Assembly: GCA_964550655.1 (NCBI GenBank)
Contig: CAZKAQ010000001.1
Coordinates: 16,536-80,535, forward strand
DNA length: 64,000 bases
Reading direction: 5' to 3'
Source of the DNA: an uncultured Granulosicoccaceae bacterium
GTDB taxonomy: Bacteria; Pseudomonadota; Gammaproteobacteria; Granulosicoccales; Granulosicoccaceae
The first letter of the stretch is position 1; each line of letters opens with the position of its first letter. Below are positions 28,513 to 37,720 of the stretch, one piece after another. Both the position numbers and the translations under genes were made by a program. Under the pieces are notes generated by a model, which was not told the origin of the DNA, made no database searches, and saw nothing but the letters and a program-made list of their open reading frames with translations.

Positions 28513-29002
28513 TCTTTTTAAACAACTGCCATTCTTTCCAGCGTTTAAAATCTTCAGCTTCGTTGGTAGCTAAACCAGGGTTGCTTTCCTGCCATTTTTT
28601 GAATGCCAGATATTGTTCAAAGTCTTCATACTCAGCACTTTGCTGCGCCGTTACATCGGTAGAAGAAGCAGCTGCAGGGACGTTTAATCGGGTGTTAGTT
28701 GACTCAGGGTTGCTCAGGTTATCAGCTGTTTGGTCAGATTTCTGTTGAGCGATGATTTGCTCTGCTTCAGTTTGCTGCGTTGTGCTTGCCTGGGTTGTAT
28801 TTGCTTGGGTTGTATTTGCTTGGGCTGTCTCATCAGAATTGGCCGGGCGAATGCCTTTGCGATCAATGGTTAACTTGTAGCCTGCATCTTCAGGCCATTC
28901 AAAAGGCACTTCCTTGGCGCCGGTATGCGGTGGAAGTTTGCCGCAACCAGTCTGGAATGCCAGAACGAAAAAGGCGGTGAGAACAGAGCTTGACAATTTC
29001 AT
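28490..29002 (-). CDS. Probable secreted/lipoprotein, low-complexity Thr/Gln-rich with acidic-Tyr motifs
   Basis: Signal peptide 'MKLSSSVLTAFFVLAFQTGC' with an imperfect lipobox, a 'QANTTQANTTQASTTQ' repeat, and a C-terminal 'AEYEDFEQYLAFKKWQE...EPTTEY'. No family recognised. Confidence 0.55.
   Translation of the reverse strand: MKLSSSVLTAFFVLAFQTGCGKLPPHTGAKEVPFEWPEDAGYKLTIDRKGIRPANSDETAQANTTQANTTQASTTQQTEAEQIIAQQKSDQTADNLSNPESTNTRLNVPAAASSTDVTAQQSAEYEDFEQYLAFKKWQESNPGLATNEAEDFKRWKEWQLFKKIEPTTEY
28786..28830. repeat. 3 x 15-bp imperfect tandem repeat inside the lipoprotein gene
   Basis: The three units are ttgcctgggttgtat, ttgcttgggttgtat and ttgcttgggctgtct. On the minus strand they encode the (Q-A-N/S-T-T)n stretch. 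Confidence 0.85.
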
Positions 29003-29039
29003 GCTCTTAATTCTACACCGCCCTTTATGCTTTGGCCAG

Positions 29040-29066
29040 AGATACTCCGAGTCAGTCGGAGTATCT
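29040..29066 (-). terminator. Perfect 11-bp hairpin between the porin and lipoprotein genes (possible terminator/attenuator)
   Basis: AGATACTCCGA-gtcag-TCGGAGTATCT, 30 nt downstream of the porin stop. There is no clear U-tract on the minus strand, so intrinsic-terminator function is uncertain. Confidence 0.35.
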
Positions 29067-29096
29067 TATGACTAACAGCTCGCAAAAGCTGCTTGT

Positions 29097-30197
29097 TTAG
29101 AAGGTAAAACGCCCTCCACCAAAGAGTGCAAATACATCTTGAAAATCATCAACGCCTTCTGGTGAATCGAATTGAACTGTGTTTAATCCGGCGTACAGTT
29201 TCACCCCTTTAGCAATGTTGTTGATGTAGGCCAGATCGAAACGAGTGCCTTCCTGATCAGCAAATGTTCGGTCTGTGTCAAAGCCGCCGCCAACTGAGAC
29301 CGCATGTTGAAAATTATCACCGAAACGCCAGCCAACTTTGCCGTACGTGGTGAATGCGTCAGTTTCATTTCCAAGCGCATCAATGTCGTTGTCTGTGTCT
29401 TGCGTACCGAAAGACCAAGTCAGGTTGAAGCCGCTGCTATGCAGAAGTGAGGCTGAGCCCATGAAACGATCAACGCCGTCATCGTTTGTGGCAAAGCCCA
29501 GTGCTGCAGAAATTGATACGCCGCCTGCATCACCGCTGTATCGAGCAGCGACTTCCTGAAAGCTGTTGCCAACACTGCCAGCGAATTTGAGACCTCCGAA
29601 AGAGGGAGTGTCGTAGCGAATTCTGTCGTTACGGCTGAAGCCGTCATATTGGCTGGTGATTGAACTCACAGTTTGGTCGCTTATCTCATTTGTGCCTTCT
29701 ACTCGTAACGCAATTGAGCCGGGACCTGAAGGAGCGTTGTAGCTCGCAATCCAGGTGTCTGAAAGATCGCTTTCAGAAGTACCATTTGAAGCACCATCGC
29801 CCTGACCGAGAGAAATTTTACCAAACGGCGTACCGATGTAGGCGTCTGCTTTACGTAGTGCACCATTACTGCTTGAAGGACCAACTACCTGACCATCCGG
29901 GGTCTGGATATTTGTTGCGAAGGTTGCGTTGGATTGAAATTGCAGTTCAATGTTTGAGCCTGTGCTATAGCCGTTGCCGAGGTCCTGATGGCCGATGATG
30001 CGAAAGCGCGTACCAGTACAAGTACAATCCTGGAACAGGACTTCATTATCGACGCCGTCGTCGAGAAGGTTGACGATTCGGTTGACCTGCCCGGACAAGG
30101 TTACATCCAGCGCCTGCGCTTGTCCCGACGCTCCGATTGCCGAAGCGATTGCTGTAGCAACCAGAGCTTTGTTAGGACTGAATTGGACTTTTTTCAT
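29097..30197 (-). CDS. Outer-membrane porin (Gram-negative general porin family)
   Basis: Signal peptide ending 'GQAQA', alternating beta-strand-like pattern, Gly/Asp/Asn-rich loops, and a C-terminal '...GGGRFTF' with terminal Phe. The upstream region is AT-rich. Confidence 0.8.
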   Translation of the reverse strand: MKKVQFSPNKALVATAIASAIGASGQAQALDVTLSGQVNRIVNLLDDGVDNEVLFQDCTCTGTRFRIIGHQDLGNGYSTGSNIELQFQSNATFATNIQTPDGQVVGPSSSNGALRKADAYIGTPFGKISLGQGDGASNGTSESDLSDTWIASYNAPSGPGSIALRVEGTNEISDQTVSSITSQYDGFSRNDRIRYDTPSFGGLKFAGSVGNSFQEVAARYSGDAGGVSISAALGFATNDDGVDRFMGSASLLHSSGFNLTWSFGTQDTDNDIDALGNETDAFTTYGKVGWRFGDNFQHAVSVGGGFDTDRTFADQEGTRFDLAYINNIAKGVKLYAGLNTVQFDSPEGVDDFQDVFALFGGGRFTF

Positions 30198-31010
30198 TGG
30201 TGCTTCCCTCTGTTTTTGTGTCTATGGACCATTAAAGTGTGAAAAATGTTGTTTGAATATTTCTGAACACGAGTTAATTATTACTGCAAATCTAAATAAT
30301 AATGATAATGCGAATAATTATCAATTACAGATTGAGTGACAGAAAAACAACAGATAGTTAAAGTGATTAAACACAAATACCCGAATTAGCCCTTTTTGCC
30401 TATTCATAAGCGTGTTTTACGAGCCAAATGTAACTTTAATCACATGACTGCGAGTCAAGTATAAACACGACAATGGTAAAAAAACAACACATAGCAATTG
30501 TGCTGGGCAATATGAAATGTTAGCGCTATCACATAAATAAGGTGTAAACGCGGTTCTGGTCAGTATTTTCGAACGAAATAGCCGGAATATCGGGCATATG
30601 GCCCTGTTAGGTTGGCTGAGTTAAGCCACAACGTACTGGACGTGCTGATTGCACGGCCAGACATGGCAATGGCGCCGAATCCCGGTTTTCAGAGAAATTG
30701 GTGACTGTTGTGGTGTGCGGTTGCGGGCTCTGACAACAGCCGTAAGCCCCGTCACTGTTTCTTCAACAACATTGACAGGTGGTTCCAGAGTGGTGCGCAG
30801 ACCGCATATGCCTATCATGGGCCCGAATCTAAAAGGTTTCGAGGTAACGGCTTTCAACTGAAGTTGCCGCGCTCGGTGAATCCTGCAGCTAAGCGTGACT
30901 AACAGGGACGAGCAATTTGAACCCCTGTCAATCTGCAGTCTGTATGTCGAAGACTATACTTAATAAAACCCGGGTACGCTCTCAATCATTGAGTAACAGA
31001 GTAAATAATA

Positions 31011-31745
31011 ATGAGTAATCAGACAGAATCTGCCTTGCAGTCCGAATCAAACAGTCAGCAGGCATCCGGCAGTCTTGCATCTGAAGCAACGGAGAATGAA
31101 ACAGCGACAGACGGTTTTAGCTTTACCTCCATGGAATTGCGGGTTCTGGGTGCATTGATGGAAAAACAGCTGGCAACTCCGGATGCCTATCCGCTGACAG
31201 TCAACAGCCTGATTGCCGCATGTAATCAGAAGTCCAACCGGGAGCCGGTTACCAATTACCAGCAGGGGGAGCTTGTGAGAACGTTGCGTGAACTTGAATC
31301 ACGTTCACTGATACGTTATGAAATGGGTGCCCGCAGCGAGCGATACGAACAACGCTTTACCAATGTTTATAGTCTAAGTAAAAAACAACAGGCACTGATC
31401 ACTATTATGCTGTTGCGTGGTCCGCAAACGTCGTCAGAGCTTTATACCAGAACTCAACGAATGTACGAGTATACTGATCGTGAAGATATGCAAGTGAGTT
31501 TGGAACGACTGACAATGGGCGATGAGCCGTTGGTCGTGTTAATACCCAAAGGTGTGGGCCAGCGTGAGGATCGGTATGGTCATTTGTTGTGCGGGATGCC
31601 GGAAATGCCGCAGCGCGAGGCAGATAATCATTCTTCCGGCAGGGCGAAAAATCAGGATCTTCTCGCAGAGATTGCCGCACTGCGTGCCGACCTTGACAGG
31701 CTCTATCAGTTGACCGGACACGTGAAAGAAGAGTCTGGCGAATAA
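31011..31745 (+). CDS. yceH: YceH-family (DUF480) protein with about 40-aa Ser/Gln/Glu-rich N-terminal extension
   Basis: 'ELRVLGALMEKQLATPDAYPLTVNSLIAACNQKSNREPV' closely parallels E. coli YceH '[39 protein letters not shown]'. Confidence 0.85.
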   Translation: MSNQTESALQSESNSQQASGSLASEATENETATDGFSFTSMELRVLGALMEKQLATPDAYPLTVNSLIAACNQKSNREPVTNYQQGELVRTLRELESRSLIRYEMGARSERYEQRFTNVYSLSKKQQALITIMLLRGPQTSSELYTRTQRMYEYTDREDMQVSLERLTMGDEPLVVLIPKGVGQREDRYGHLLCGMPEMPQREADNHSSGRAKNQDLLAEIAALRADLDRLYQLTGHVKEESGE

Positions 31746-31972
31746 ACTCAACCGGCTTCACTCGGCCGGATCTGTGTTACCAAAACAGTTTTTTTAAAAA
31801 TGCCCCGGGAGTCTGCGTGACCGAACCTCTGCTGCTGCGAATGCACCCTGACGGTGCGCCAGGACAAGAATAATTATCGATCATTTTCGTTGCGTATGAA
31901 GAACTATGCGCCTCAAATGAGCGTAACATGTTCGAACAAATAAAATGCCCTCGCCGTGGCGCGTTCTCACCT

Positions 31973-32875
31973 CTACCGCGCAGACCCTTGGTCGACTGAT
32001 GTTGGTTCTTTAAGGCCGGCGTAACCCTGCATCAGTACGGCGAGCAAAACAATACCACCGCCTATGAGTGTGTTAGTGGCCGGTACCTCATTCACTGCCA
32101 GCCAAACCCACACTGGCGACAGTGCAGTTTCTGAAAGGCCTAACAACGGTATCTGCGCCGCGGGAACACTTTTGGACCCCAGCGTTATAAAAATAAAACC
32201 ACAGCCTACCTGTACGCTGCCGAGACAGATTGCAATGAGCAGGTCACGGGCAGAGATAGCAAGATTGTCGACCAGCGGAAGCAGCATGGGTATGCACATG
32301 ATCGCTGCCAACAGACCTGCCAGTGCAGTAGGCGCCATCATGTCGCGCTGCGGACCCAGGTATCGAAGCAATACAACGAAGAAGGCAAAAGCTACAACTG
32401 CCCCCAGCGCAAATAAAATACCTGTGATGTCATTTGCGTTAACTCCATCGGAAACCATTACACAGACACCGGCAATAGCCAGTGTCATGGCAGCCCAGTT
32501 TATTGCTTTGAGTGGTTCACCAAGAAAATAGTAAGCCAGTACACCTGCGACAACAGGGCCTGTGCTCAGCAGCAGTACTGTGTTCGCAACAGTGGTATTA
32601 AACAGGCTCAGAAGATAGCAAATAAAGCCTGTTGCAAGCAGTAACGACACAAGCAAATCAATCGCTTTTATTTTCTGAAACTGCTCTTTAAAGGTATGAC
32701 GATCTCGAACCCACAGGAACAGTGCCACGGTAGCGGTAAATACCAGGGAGCGATAAAACAAGATAGTCCACGGACTTGCCTGATCTACAAATCGAACCAG
32801 CAATCCGCCGGAACTTAAAAACACACCAGCCATCACGACGAATAAGACACCTCTGGAATAGGATTGGGTATTCAC
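31973..32875 (-). CDS. DMT-superfamily (EamA-like) transporter
   Basis: About 10 TM segments arranged as a duplicated EamA architecture. It starts 30 nt after the proV stop on the same strand. Confidence 0.8.
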   Translation of the reverse strand: MNTQSYSRGVLFVVMAGVFLSSGGLLVRFVDQASPWTILFYRSLVFTATVALFLWVRDRHTFKEQFQKIKAIDLLVSLLLATGFICYLLSLFNTTVANTVLLLSTGPVVAGVLAYYFLGEPLKAINWAAMTLAIAGVCVMVSDGVNANDITGILFALGAVVAFAFFVVLLRYLGPQRDMMAPTALAGLLAAIMCIPMLLPLVDNLAISARDLLIAICLGSVQVGCGFIFITLGSKSVPAAQIPLLGLSETALSPVWVWLAVNEVPATNTLIGGGIVLLAVLMQGYAGLKEPTSVDQGSAR

Positions 32876-32905
32876 CAGGTTGTTCGTTTTACGTGTTGCA
32901 GTACG

Positions 32906-34015
32906 CTAGTACTTGCGTACGCCATCCTCGGGTGCTGCACGCGGTACCAATGCTCTGACCAGGCTGGTCATATCCAGAATACCGACAGCCTGGTTGTCTC
33001 TCATGACTACGTAGGAGTGAGATGTGTCACCGCCGGAGCGGGCAATCATGCTCTCAAGTGTATCGTCGTAGTCAACTTCGCCATGTGCGTTTTCCGGAAT
33101 TGGTCCGTCTAAAGGCGTCATGATCGAGCGTACTCGCAGTACACGTGCACGATTGATATCGCTGACAAAATCTTCAATGTAAGGATCGCTCGGGTACAAC
33201 AAAATATGTTGTGGTTCTCCCTGTTGCACGACATAGCCGTCTTTTAGAATCACCAGATGATCTGCAAGTTTCAATGCCTCATCGAGATCATGCGATATAA
33301 ATACAATTGTCTTGTGTAGCTCCTGTTGCAGCTCCAGTAACAGGTCCTGCATGTCGGTGCGAATCAAAGGATCAAGTGCCGAGAATGCTTCATCCATTAG
33401 CATGATTGGCGAGTTGGACGTTAATGCCCGTGCGATTCCAACGCGTTGCTGCATACCACCGGATAATTGATGCGGGTAGTGATCACCAAAGCCTTCAAGA
33501 CCAACGCGATTGATCCATTTCTCTGCTTCCTTAAGATACTCGCGCCTGGAAACGCCTCGTACTTTGAGTGTTGTGCCGGAGTTTTCAAGTACGGTGCGGT
33601 GTGGCAGTAATGCGAACTTCTGAAATACCATAGACATCGTCTGGCGACGAAGTTCTCGCAGTCGATCTTCGTCGTATGCGAGAACATCTTCACCGTCTAC
33701 GTCTATCTGTCCTGCCGTTGGTTCGATCAGCCGGTTCAGGTGTCGGATCAGTGTGGACTTGCCGGATCCTGAAAGCCCCATGACAACTGTGATATTGCCG
33801 GCACGTACATCGACATTGATGTCTCTTAAGCCCAGCACATGTCCGTGTTCGTTGAGTAAGTCAGTTTTGGACATGCCGTTATAAACATGCTGCAACGCGG
33901 TATCCGGATCCGGTCCGAAGATTTTATACAGATTGCGGATCGAGACTTTGATGTCACCTGTTACCTGGTCAGTCACTTGCTGTACTCGTTTAATGTTTCT
34001 GTGCGGCATTGACAC
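32906..34015 (-). CDS. proV: Glycine betaine/proline-betaine-type ABC transporter ATP-binding protein with C-terminal CBS pair
   Basis: Walker A 'GLSGSGKSTLIR', 'LSGGMQQRVGIARAL', 'IMLMDEAFSALD', and a CBS-like C-terminal tail. Overlaps proW by 26 nt. Confidence 0.9.
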   Translation of the reverse strand: MSMPHRNIKRVQQVTDQVTGDIKVSIRNLYKIFGPDPDTALQHVYNGMSKTDLLNEHGHVLGLRDINVDVRAGNITVVMGLSGSGKSTLIRHLNRLIEPTAGQIDVDGEDVLAYDEDRLRELRRQTMSMVFQKFALLPHRTVLENSGTTLKVRGVSRREYLKEAEKWINRVGLEGFGDHYPHQLSGGMQQRVGIARALTSNSPIMLMDEAFSALDPLIRTDMQDLLLELQQELHKTIVFISHDLDEALKLADHLVILKDGYVVQQGEPQHILLYPSDPYIEDFVSDINRARVLRVRSIMTPLDGPIPENAHGEVDYDDTLESMIARSGGDTSHSYVVMRDNQAVGILDMTSLVRALVPRAAPEDGVRKY

Positions 34016-35021
34016 GGTTAAGTGCAGCTTTGGTTACCCGGTCAAGGATAATCGCGAGCAGCACAATGCCGAAGCCGGATACCAGGCCGACGCCAAGTTC
34101 AAGGTTACGGATTCCTCGCAGTACCAGAACACCCAGGCCTGGTGCAGACACCAGTGAGGCAATCACCACCATGGCAAGGCTCATCATTATTGTTTGATTG
34201 ATACCTGCCATTATGTTCGGTAGTGCAAGTGGAATTTGTACACCAAAAAGTTTTTGTCTGTCCGTCATTCCGAATGAGTTTGCGGCTTCGATGACATCTT
34301 CATCGACCAGTCGAATGCCAAGATCGGTAAGTCGGATGACGGGTACGATCGCATAGAGAATAATCGCAACGCCGTAGAGCTTGGGTTCGGTAATGGAAAA
34401 TAAAAAGATCAGTGGTATTAAATACACAAACGGCGGTAGCGTTTGTAGCATATCCAGTATTGGAATAATTATTCGTTGTAATCGATCGCTGCGCGACATA
34501 GCAATACCGATGGGTACACCCAGCAGTACACATAAGAAAGCGCAGACGTAAATCACAGCCAGTGTTTGCATGGCGTGATCGTAGTGATCAACAAAAGCCA
34601 GAAACGCCAGGCAACCCAGTACAAAAGCGACCAGCTTCCACGATTTTGAGGCCAGGTAGACGACCAATGCCAAAACAGGAAACATTATCCACCAGGGTGT
34701 CGCTTCAATGGTTGAAAGCGCAAATTCAAGCAGCCAGCTGAGTGGTTGTGTAATCGGGTCAAGTACAAAGCGAAGTGCGCCTTTAATGGCGAGGAAACCG
34801 TCTTCGACGCCTTTGGTCACATCACGTGATTGACCAATCGAGGCACAGGCTTTGTGTAATTCATCAAGTGAAGGAAAGGGAAGCTCGAATCCTGATTCTT
34901 CTTTTTTAACGCCTGCCTGTGCAAGCAAGTCTGCCATCGAGACCGGGCCGTCAGACGTTTTACCGGCATCGCACCAGTCACGCAGGCCAGTTTTGTCAAA
35001 AAAGGAATCATAATAGGCCAT
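33990..35021 (-). CDS. proW: Glycine betaine/proline-betaine-type ABC transporter permease
   Basis: Long N-terminal extension followed by a BPD-transporter core: 'TLAVIYVCAFLCVLLGVPIGI', 'EAANSFGMTDRQKLFGVQIPLALPNIMAGINQ'. Confidence 0.9.
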   Translation of the reverse strand: MAYYDSFFDKTGLRDWCDAGKTSDGPVSMADLLAQAGVKKEESGFELPFPSLDELHKACASIGQSRDVTKGVEDGFLAIKGALRFVLDPITQPLSWLLEFALSTIEATPWWIMFPVLALVVYLASKSWKLVAFVLGCLAFLAFVDHYDHAMQTLAVIYVCAFLCVLLGVPIGIAMSRSDRLQRIIIPILDMLQTLPPFVYLIPLIFLFSITEPKLYGVAIILYAIVPVIRLTDLGIRLVDEDVIEAANSFGMTDRQKLFGVQIPLALPNIMAGINQTIMMSLAMVVIASLVSAPGLGVLVLRGIRNLELGVGLVSGFGIVLLAIILDRVTKAALNRVNAAQKH

Positions 35022-35122
35022 AAATATGTCCTTAAGCTTGTTGCCGGATTATGTGCATAGACAAAAAAGGTGTTGGGCGCAAAATGCGCCCAACGTATAA
35101 CGTATTAAGTCGCTTTCAGTGA

Positions 35123-36097
35123 CTATTTAATAAGCGCTGAAAGTTTTTCTTTGGCTTCATCACTAACCCAGCCAGACCATACATCTGAATGGTTTGTCAG
35201 AAAGTGTACCGCTGCTTCTTCTGCCGAGGCGCTGTTATCATCCTGCCATGCCAGTGTGCTGTTGAGGATGTCGATGTCAAAACTGATGGAGCTCATCAAT
35301 TTGGCTATGCCAGGCTCACGCTCTGCCAGTGCTGAAGTCGCGACAGTCAGAACCGGTGCTGGTGGAAAATCAGATACGCCGGGAGTAGCATTATCTTTGT
35401 TGCCATTGGCTTTGTGGATCTCTTTGTCAATGTCACCGATTTTAACCTGCACCATAGGGTACTTACCCAATACAGCAGTCGGCGCCCAGTAGTATCCAAA
35501 CCATGGTTTTTTATCTTCGTAAGCTGCTGCTATAGAAGTACCCAGCGTTTCACCGGAACCGTGATCAAAGACTTCCATCTTGTCGCGCAGACCCAGTGCT
35601 GTGATGATATTGTCGTTAACATTACGGCAACCCCATCCGTCGGGGCAGTTGTTGAATGTGCCACCGACAAGATCCGGGTTAGCCAATACCCCTTCGATGG
35701 TCTGCAGTTCGGGATTAGATTCTGCGAGGTATGCAGGAATCCACCAACCTTCAACGCCACCGGGGTTAAATACTTCAGCCAGTCGTTCAACTTTACCGTC
35801 GGCTTCAAGCTTCTGATAGACATCACCTGTTGAGTTTAACCACAGCTCGGTGACAATGTCCGGTTCGCCGTTCTCAGCCAGTGAAGCGACAGAGGTGGTA
35901 GTAGCAGAAGGTACTTTTTCTACTGTGCAACCGTAGCCTTGCTCCATCAGGAATTTAGAAACTTCGGTGATGATCTGAGACGAAGCCCAGTTCATCTCGG
36001 TAATAGAAACATCACCACATTCAGCTAATGCGGGAGATGAGGTAGACATCGCGGCAGCAGCAGCGAGGCCTGCAGCCAGTTTAAATAACTTTCTCAT
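35123..36097 (-). CDS. proX: Glycine betaine-type ABC transporter substrate-binding protein
   Basis: Signal peptide 'MRKLFKLAAGLAAAAAMSTSSPALA' and an OpuAC-like 'ITEMNWASSQIITEV...TELWLN'. Start trimmed from 36211 to the ATG at 36097. Confidence 0.8.
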   Translation of the reverse strand: MRKLFKLAAGLAAAAAMSTSSPALAECGDVSITEMNWASSQIITEVSKFLMEQGYGCTVEKVPSATTTSVASLAENGEPDIVTELWLNSTGDVYQKLEADGKVERLAEVFNPGGVEGWWIPAYLAESNPELQTIEGVLANPDLVGGTFNNCPDGWGCRNVNDNIITALGLRDKMEVFDHGSGETLGTSIAAAYEDKKPWFGYYWAPTAVLGKYPMVQVKIGDIDKEIHKANGNKDNATPGVSDFPPAPVLTVATSALAEREPGIAKLMSSISFDIDILNSTLAWQDDNSASAEEAAVHFLTNHSDVWSGWVSDEAKEKLSALIK

Positions 36098-36407
36098 TGA
36101 AAATTTACTCCAGTGGATAATTGTGCCCCGTGTCCGTGTGATACGAGGTCCCGGGGCGGTGCGGACTCGTTCAGCATTCACGCGGCACTCCAATCGCTCG
36201 CTGTTTTTCACTTCCTTAATTTAACTCAATTGTTGTTTCAAACTTGCGATGAGTGCGACTTTTGATGTTGTTTGTCTAAACCTTTGGCTGATTTGCGACT
36301 GCTGATGACCTGATAGAGGTCCGCATTGACGGAAGGGGAGTCATTTGGTGTTTCAGAAATGTTACGTCCTGGGCCAGGACAGAATTAATGAAAGCGATTC
36401 AGCATCA

Positions 36408-37577
36408 TCAAATAACCGGTAAGTCAGTCGCTGCCCGGCTTGTCAGCAGACGTGCGCCATCTGCGGTAACCACAATATTTTCCTCATGCACCATCATTTG
36501 TCCATTGCCGTAGTTCAGAGAGGGCTCGATGGTTAACACCATATTCTCCTGCAATACGGTTTCGTCGAATACTGCATGTGAGGGTTGTTCTGTAAGTTGC
36601 ATGCCCAGTCCGTGACCGAGACGTCCGATGTCTCCGCTGTTGTTATCGAGTTCTGCAATCACAGCAGACATAGATTGAAAAAGATCACGGCAGGTGTTAC
36701 CGGGTCGGGCGGCATCGATACCAGCTTCTGTTGCGCGCCACAACACATCGTAAGCCTGTTTTGCCTTGTCACTTGCTTTGCCAATGGCCCAGTTGCGATC
36801 AAAATCGCAGAAGTATCCATCCCAGGTGCAACCGGTATCCATCATTAGTATGTCACCTGACTGCAGTGGTCTTTGCGATGGTGGTGAAATGACATCGGCA
36901 TAACCCCCTTGATCTGCAGCGCCAACCACATAAGGGGAGTCATCTGCACCTTGTGCTATAGCTGTTCGTCTGAACTCTCGAAATACCGAGTCAAGTGGCA
37001 TGCCTTGAGTGACAAACTCCGGTACTTTGGCAAATGCCGCTGAGCCAACAGCACAAATGTGGGCAAGCTTATCGATCTCTGCATCTGATTTAACCATACG
37101 CAGACCCTGCACCAGAGCAGTTGCATCGGCGATACGTAAGCCTGGAAGCGCTGCGGTTAAACGTTCCCAGTCACCCAGTGGCATGCGTAACATGGTCTCA
37201 TGGCCTTTCATCACACCCAGTGTTGCAGTGCTTGAAGCCAGTGGTGACAGCAGTTCCGTGAGCAGACTAATGCCATCATCATGCGGTGCAGGTGCGCTCC
37301 AGGTGCGAATATCATCGAGCCAGCTTTGTCGCATTAGTGCAGCACCGATCTCGGGGATAATCGCGATTGGTTTGCCCTGCAGTGGTACAAACACGAACCA
37401 CGGGCGAGTCGGGCTTTGCCAGAATAAGGTATGAAAACCGGTAAAGTAGCGAACTTCCGGCTCACTCATTAAGAGCATGCCATCAAGACCCTGCATGGCC
37501 ATTTGTGCTTGTGCGTTCTTTGTGCGGGTGCTGAACTCCGCCTCATTAAAACCACGCGCCGGTGCTTCAGGCTGCAT
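36408..37577 (-). CDS. M24-family metallohydrolase (Xaa-Pro peptidase / creatinase / ectoine-hydrolase-like fold)
   Basis: Pita-bread fold motifs with the metal ligands retained: 'MMDTGCTWDGYFCDFDRNW', 'GHGLGMQ', 'LTIEPSL', 'VHEENIVV'. Confidence 0.8.
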   Translation of the reverse strand: MQPEAPARGFNEAEFSTRTKNAQAQMAMQGLDGMLLMSEPEVRYFTGFHTLFWQSPTRPWFVFVPLQGKPIAIIPEIGAALMRQSWLDDIRTWSAPAPHDDGISLLTELLSPLASSTATLGVMKGHETMLRMPLGDWERLTAALPGLRIADATALVQGLRMVKSDAEIDKLAHICAVGSAAFAKVPEFVTQGMPLDSVFREFRRTAIAQGADDSPYVVGAADQGGYADVISPPSQRPLQSGDILMMDTGCTWDGYFCDFDRNWAIGKASDKAKQAYDVLWRATEAGIDAARPGNTCRDLFQSMSAVIAELDNNSGDIGRLGHGLGMQLTEQPSHAVFDETVLQENMVLTIEPSLNYGNGQMMVHEENIVVTADGARLLTSRAATDLPVI

Positions 37578-37720
37578 CTCTATTGTCCTACTTAATCGCC
37601 AGGTAACTATGCCACAACAGGTGATATGAATATCAAGCCAAAACGACTCGTCAATAACGCAGGCTTGCTTTTGATCAATTGTTACTGTTATACAACAAAG
37701 TGTGCAAGTGAGGTCTCTTC

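Noticed and set aside
28786-28830. Could the short tandem repeats be a CRISPR array?
   Set aside because: There are only three contiguous 15-bp units with no spacers, lying inside a coding region. No cas genes or repeat-spacer architecture occur anywhere in the window.
30602-30907. Assigning the GC-rich island to a known RNA family: cobalamin riboswitch ('GGUGAAUCCUGCAGC', 'GAGCCCGCAACC'), RNase P ('AGAUUCGGGCCCAUGAUAGGCA' against 'AAAGUCCGGGCUCCAUAGGGCA'), 6S, tmRNA or SRP.
   Set aside because: Only isolated short resemblances exist, they fall on different strands, and universal cores are absent (B12 box GCCACUG, GAGGAAAGUCC, the tmRNA tag and 3' end). I keep it as an unassigned finding instead.
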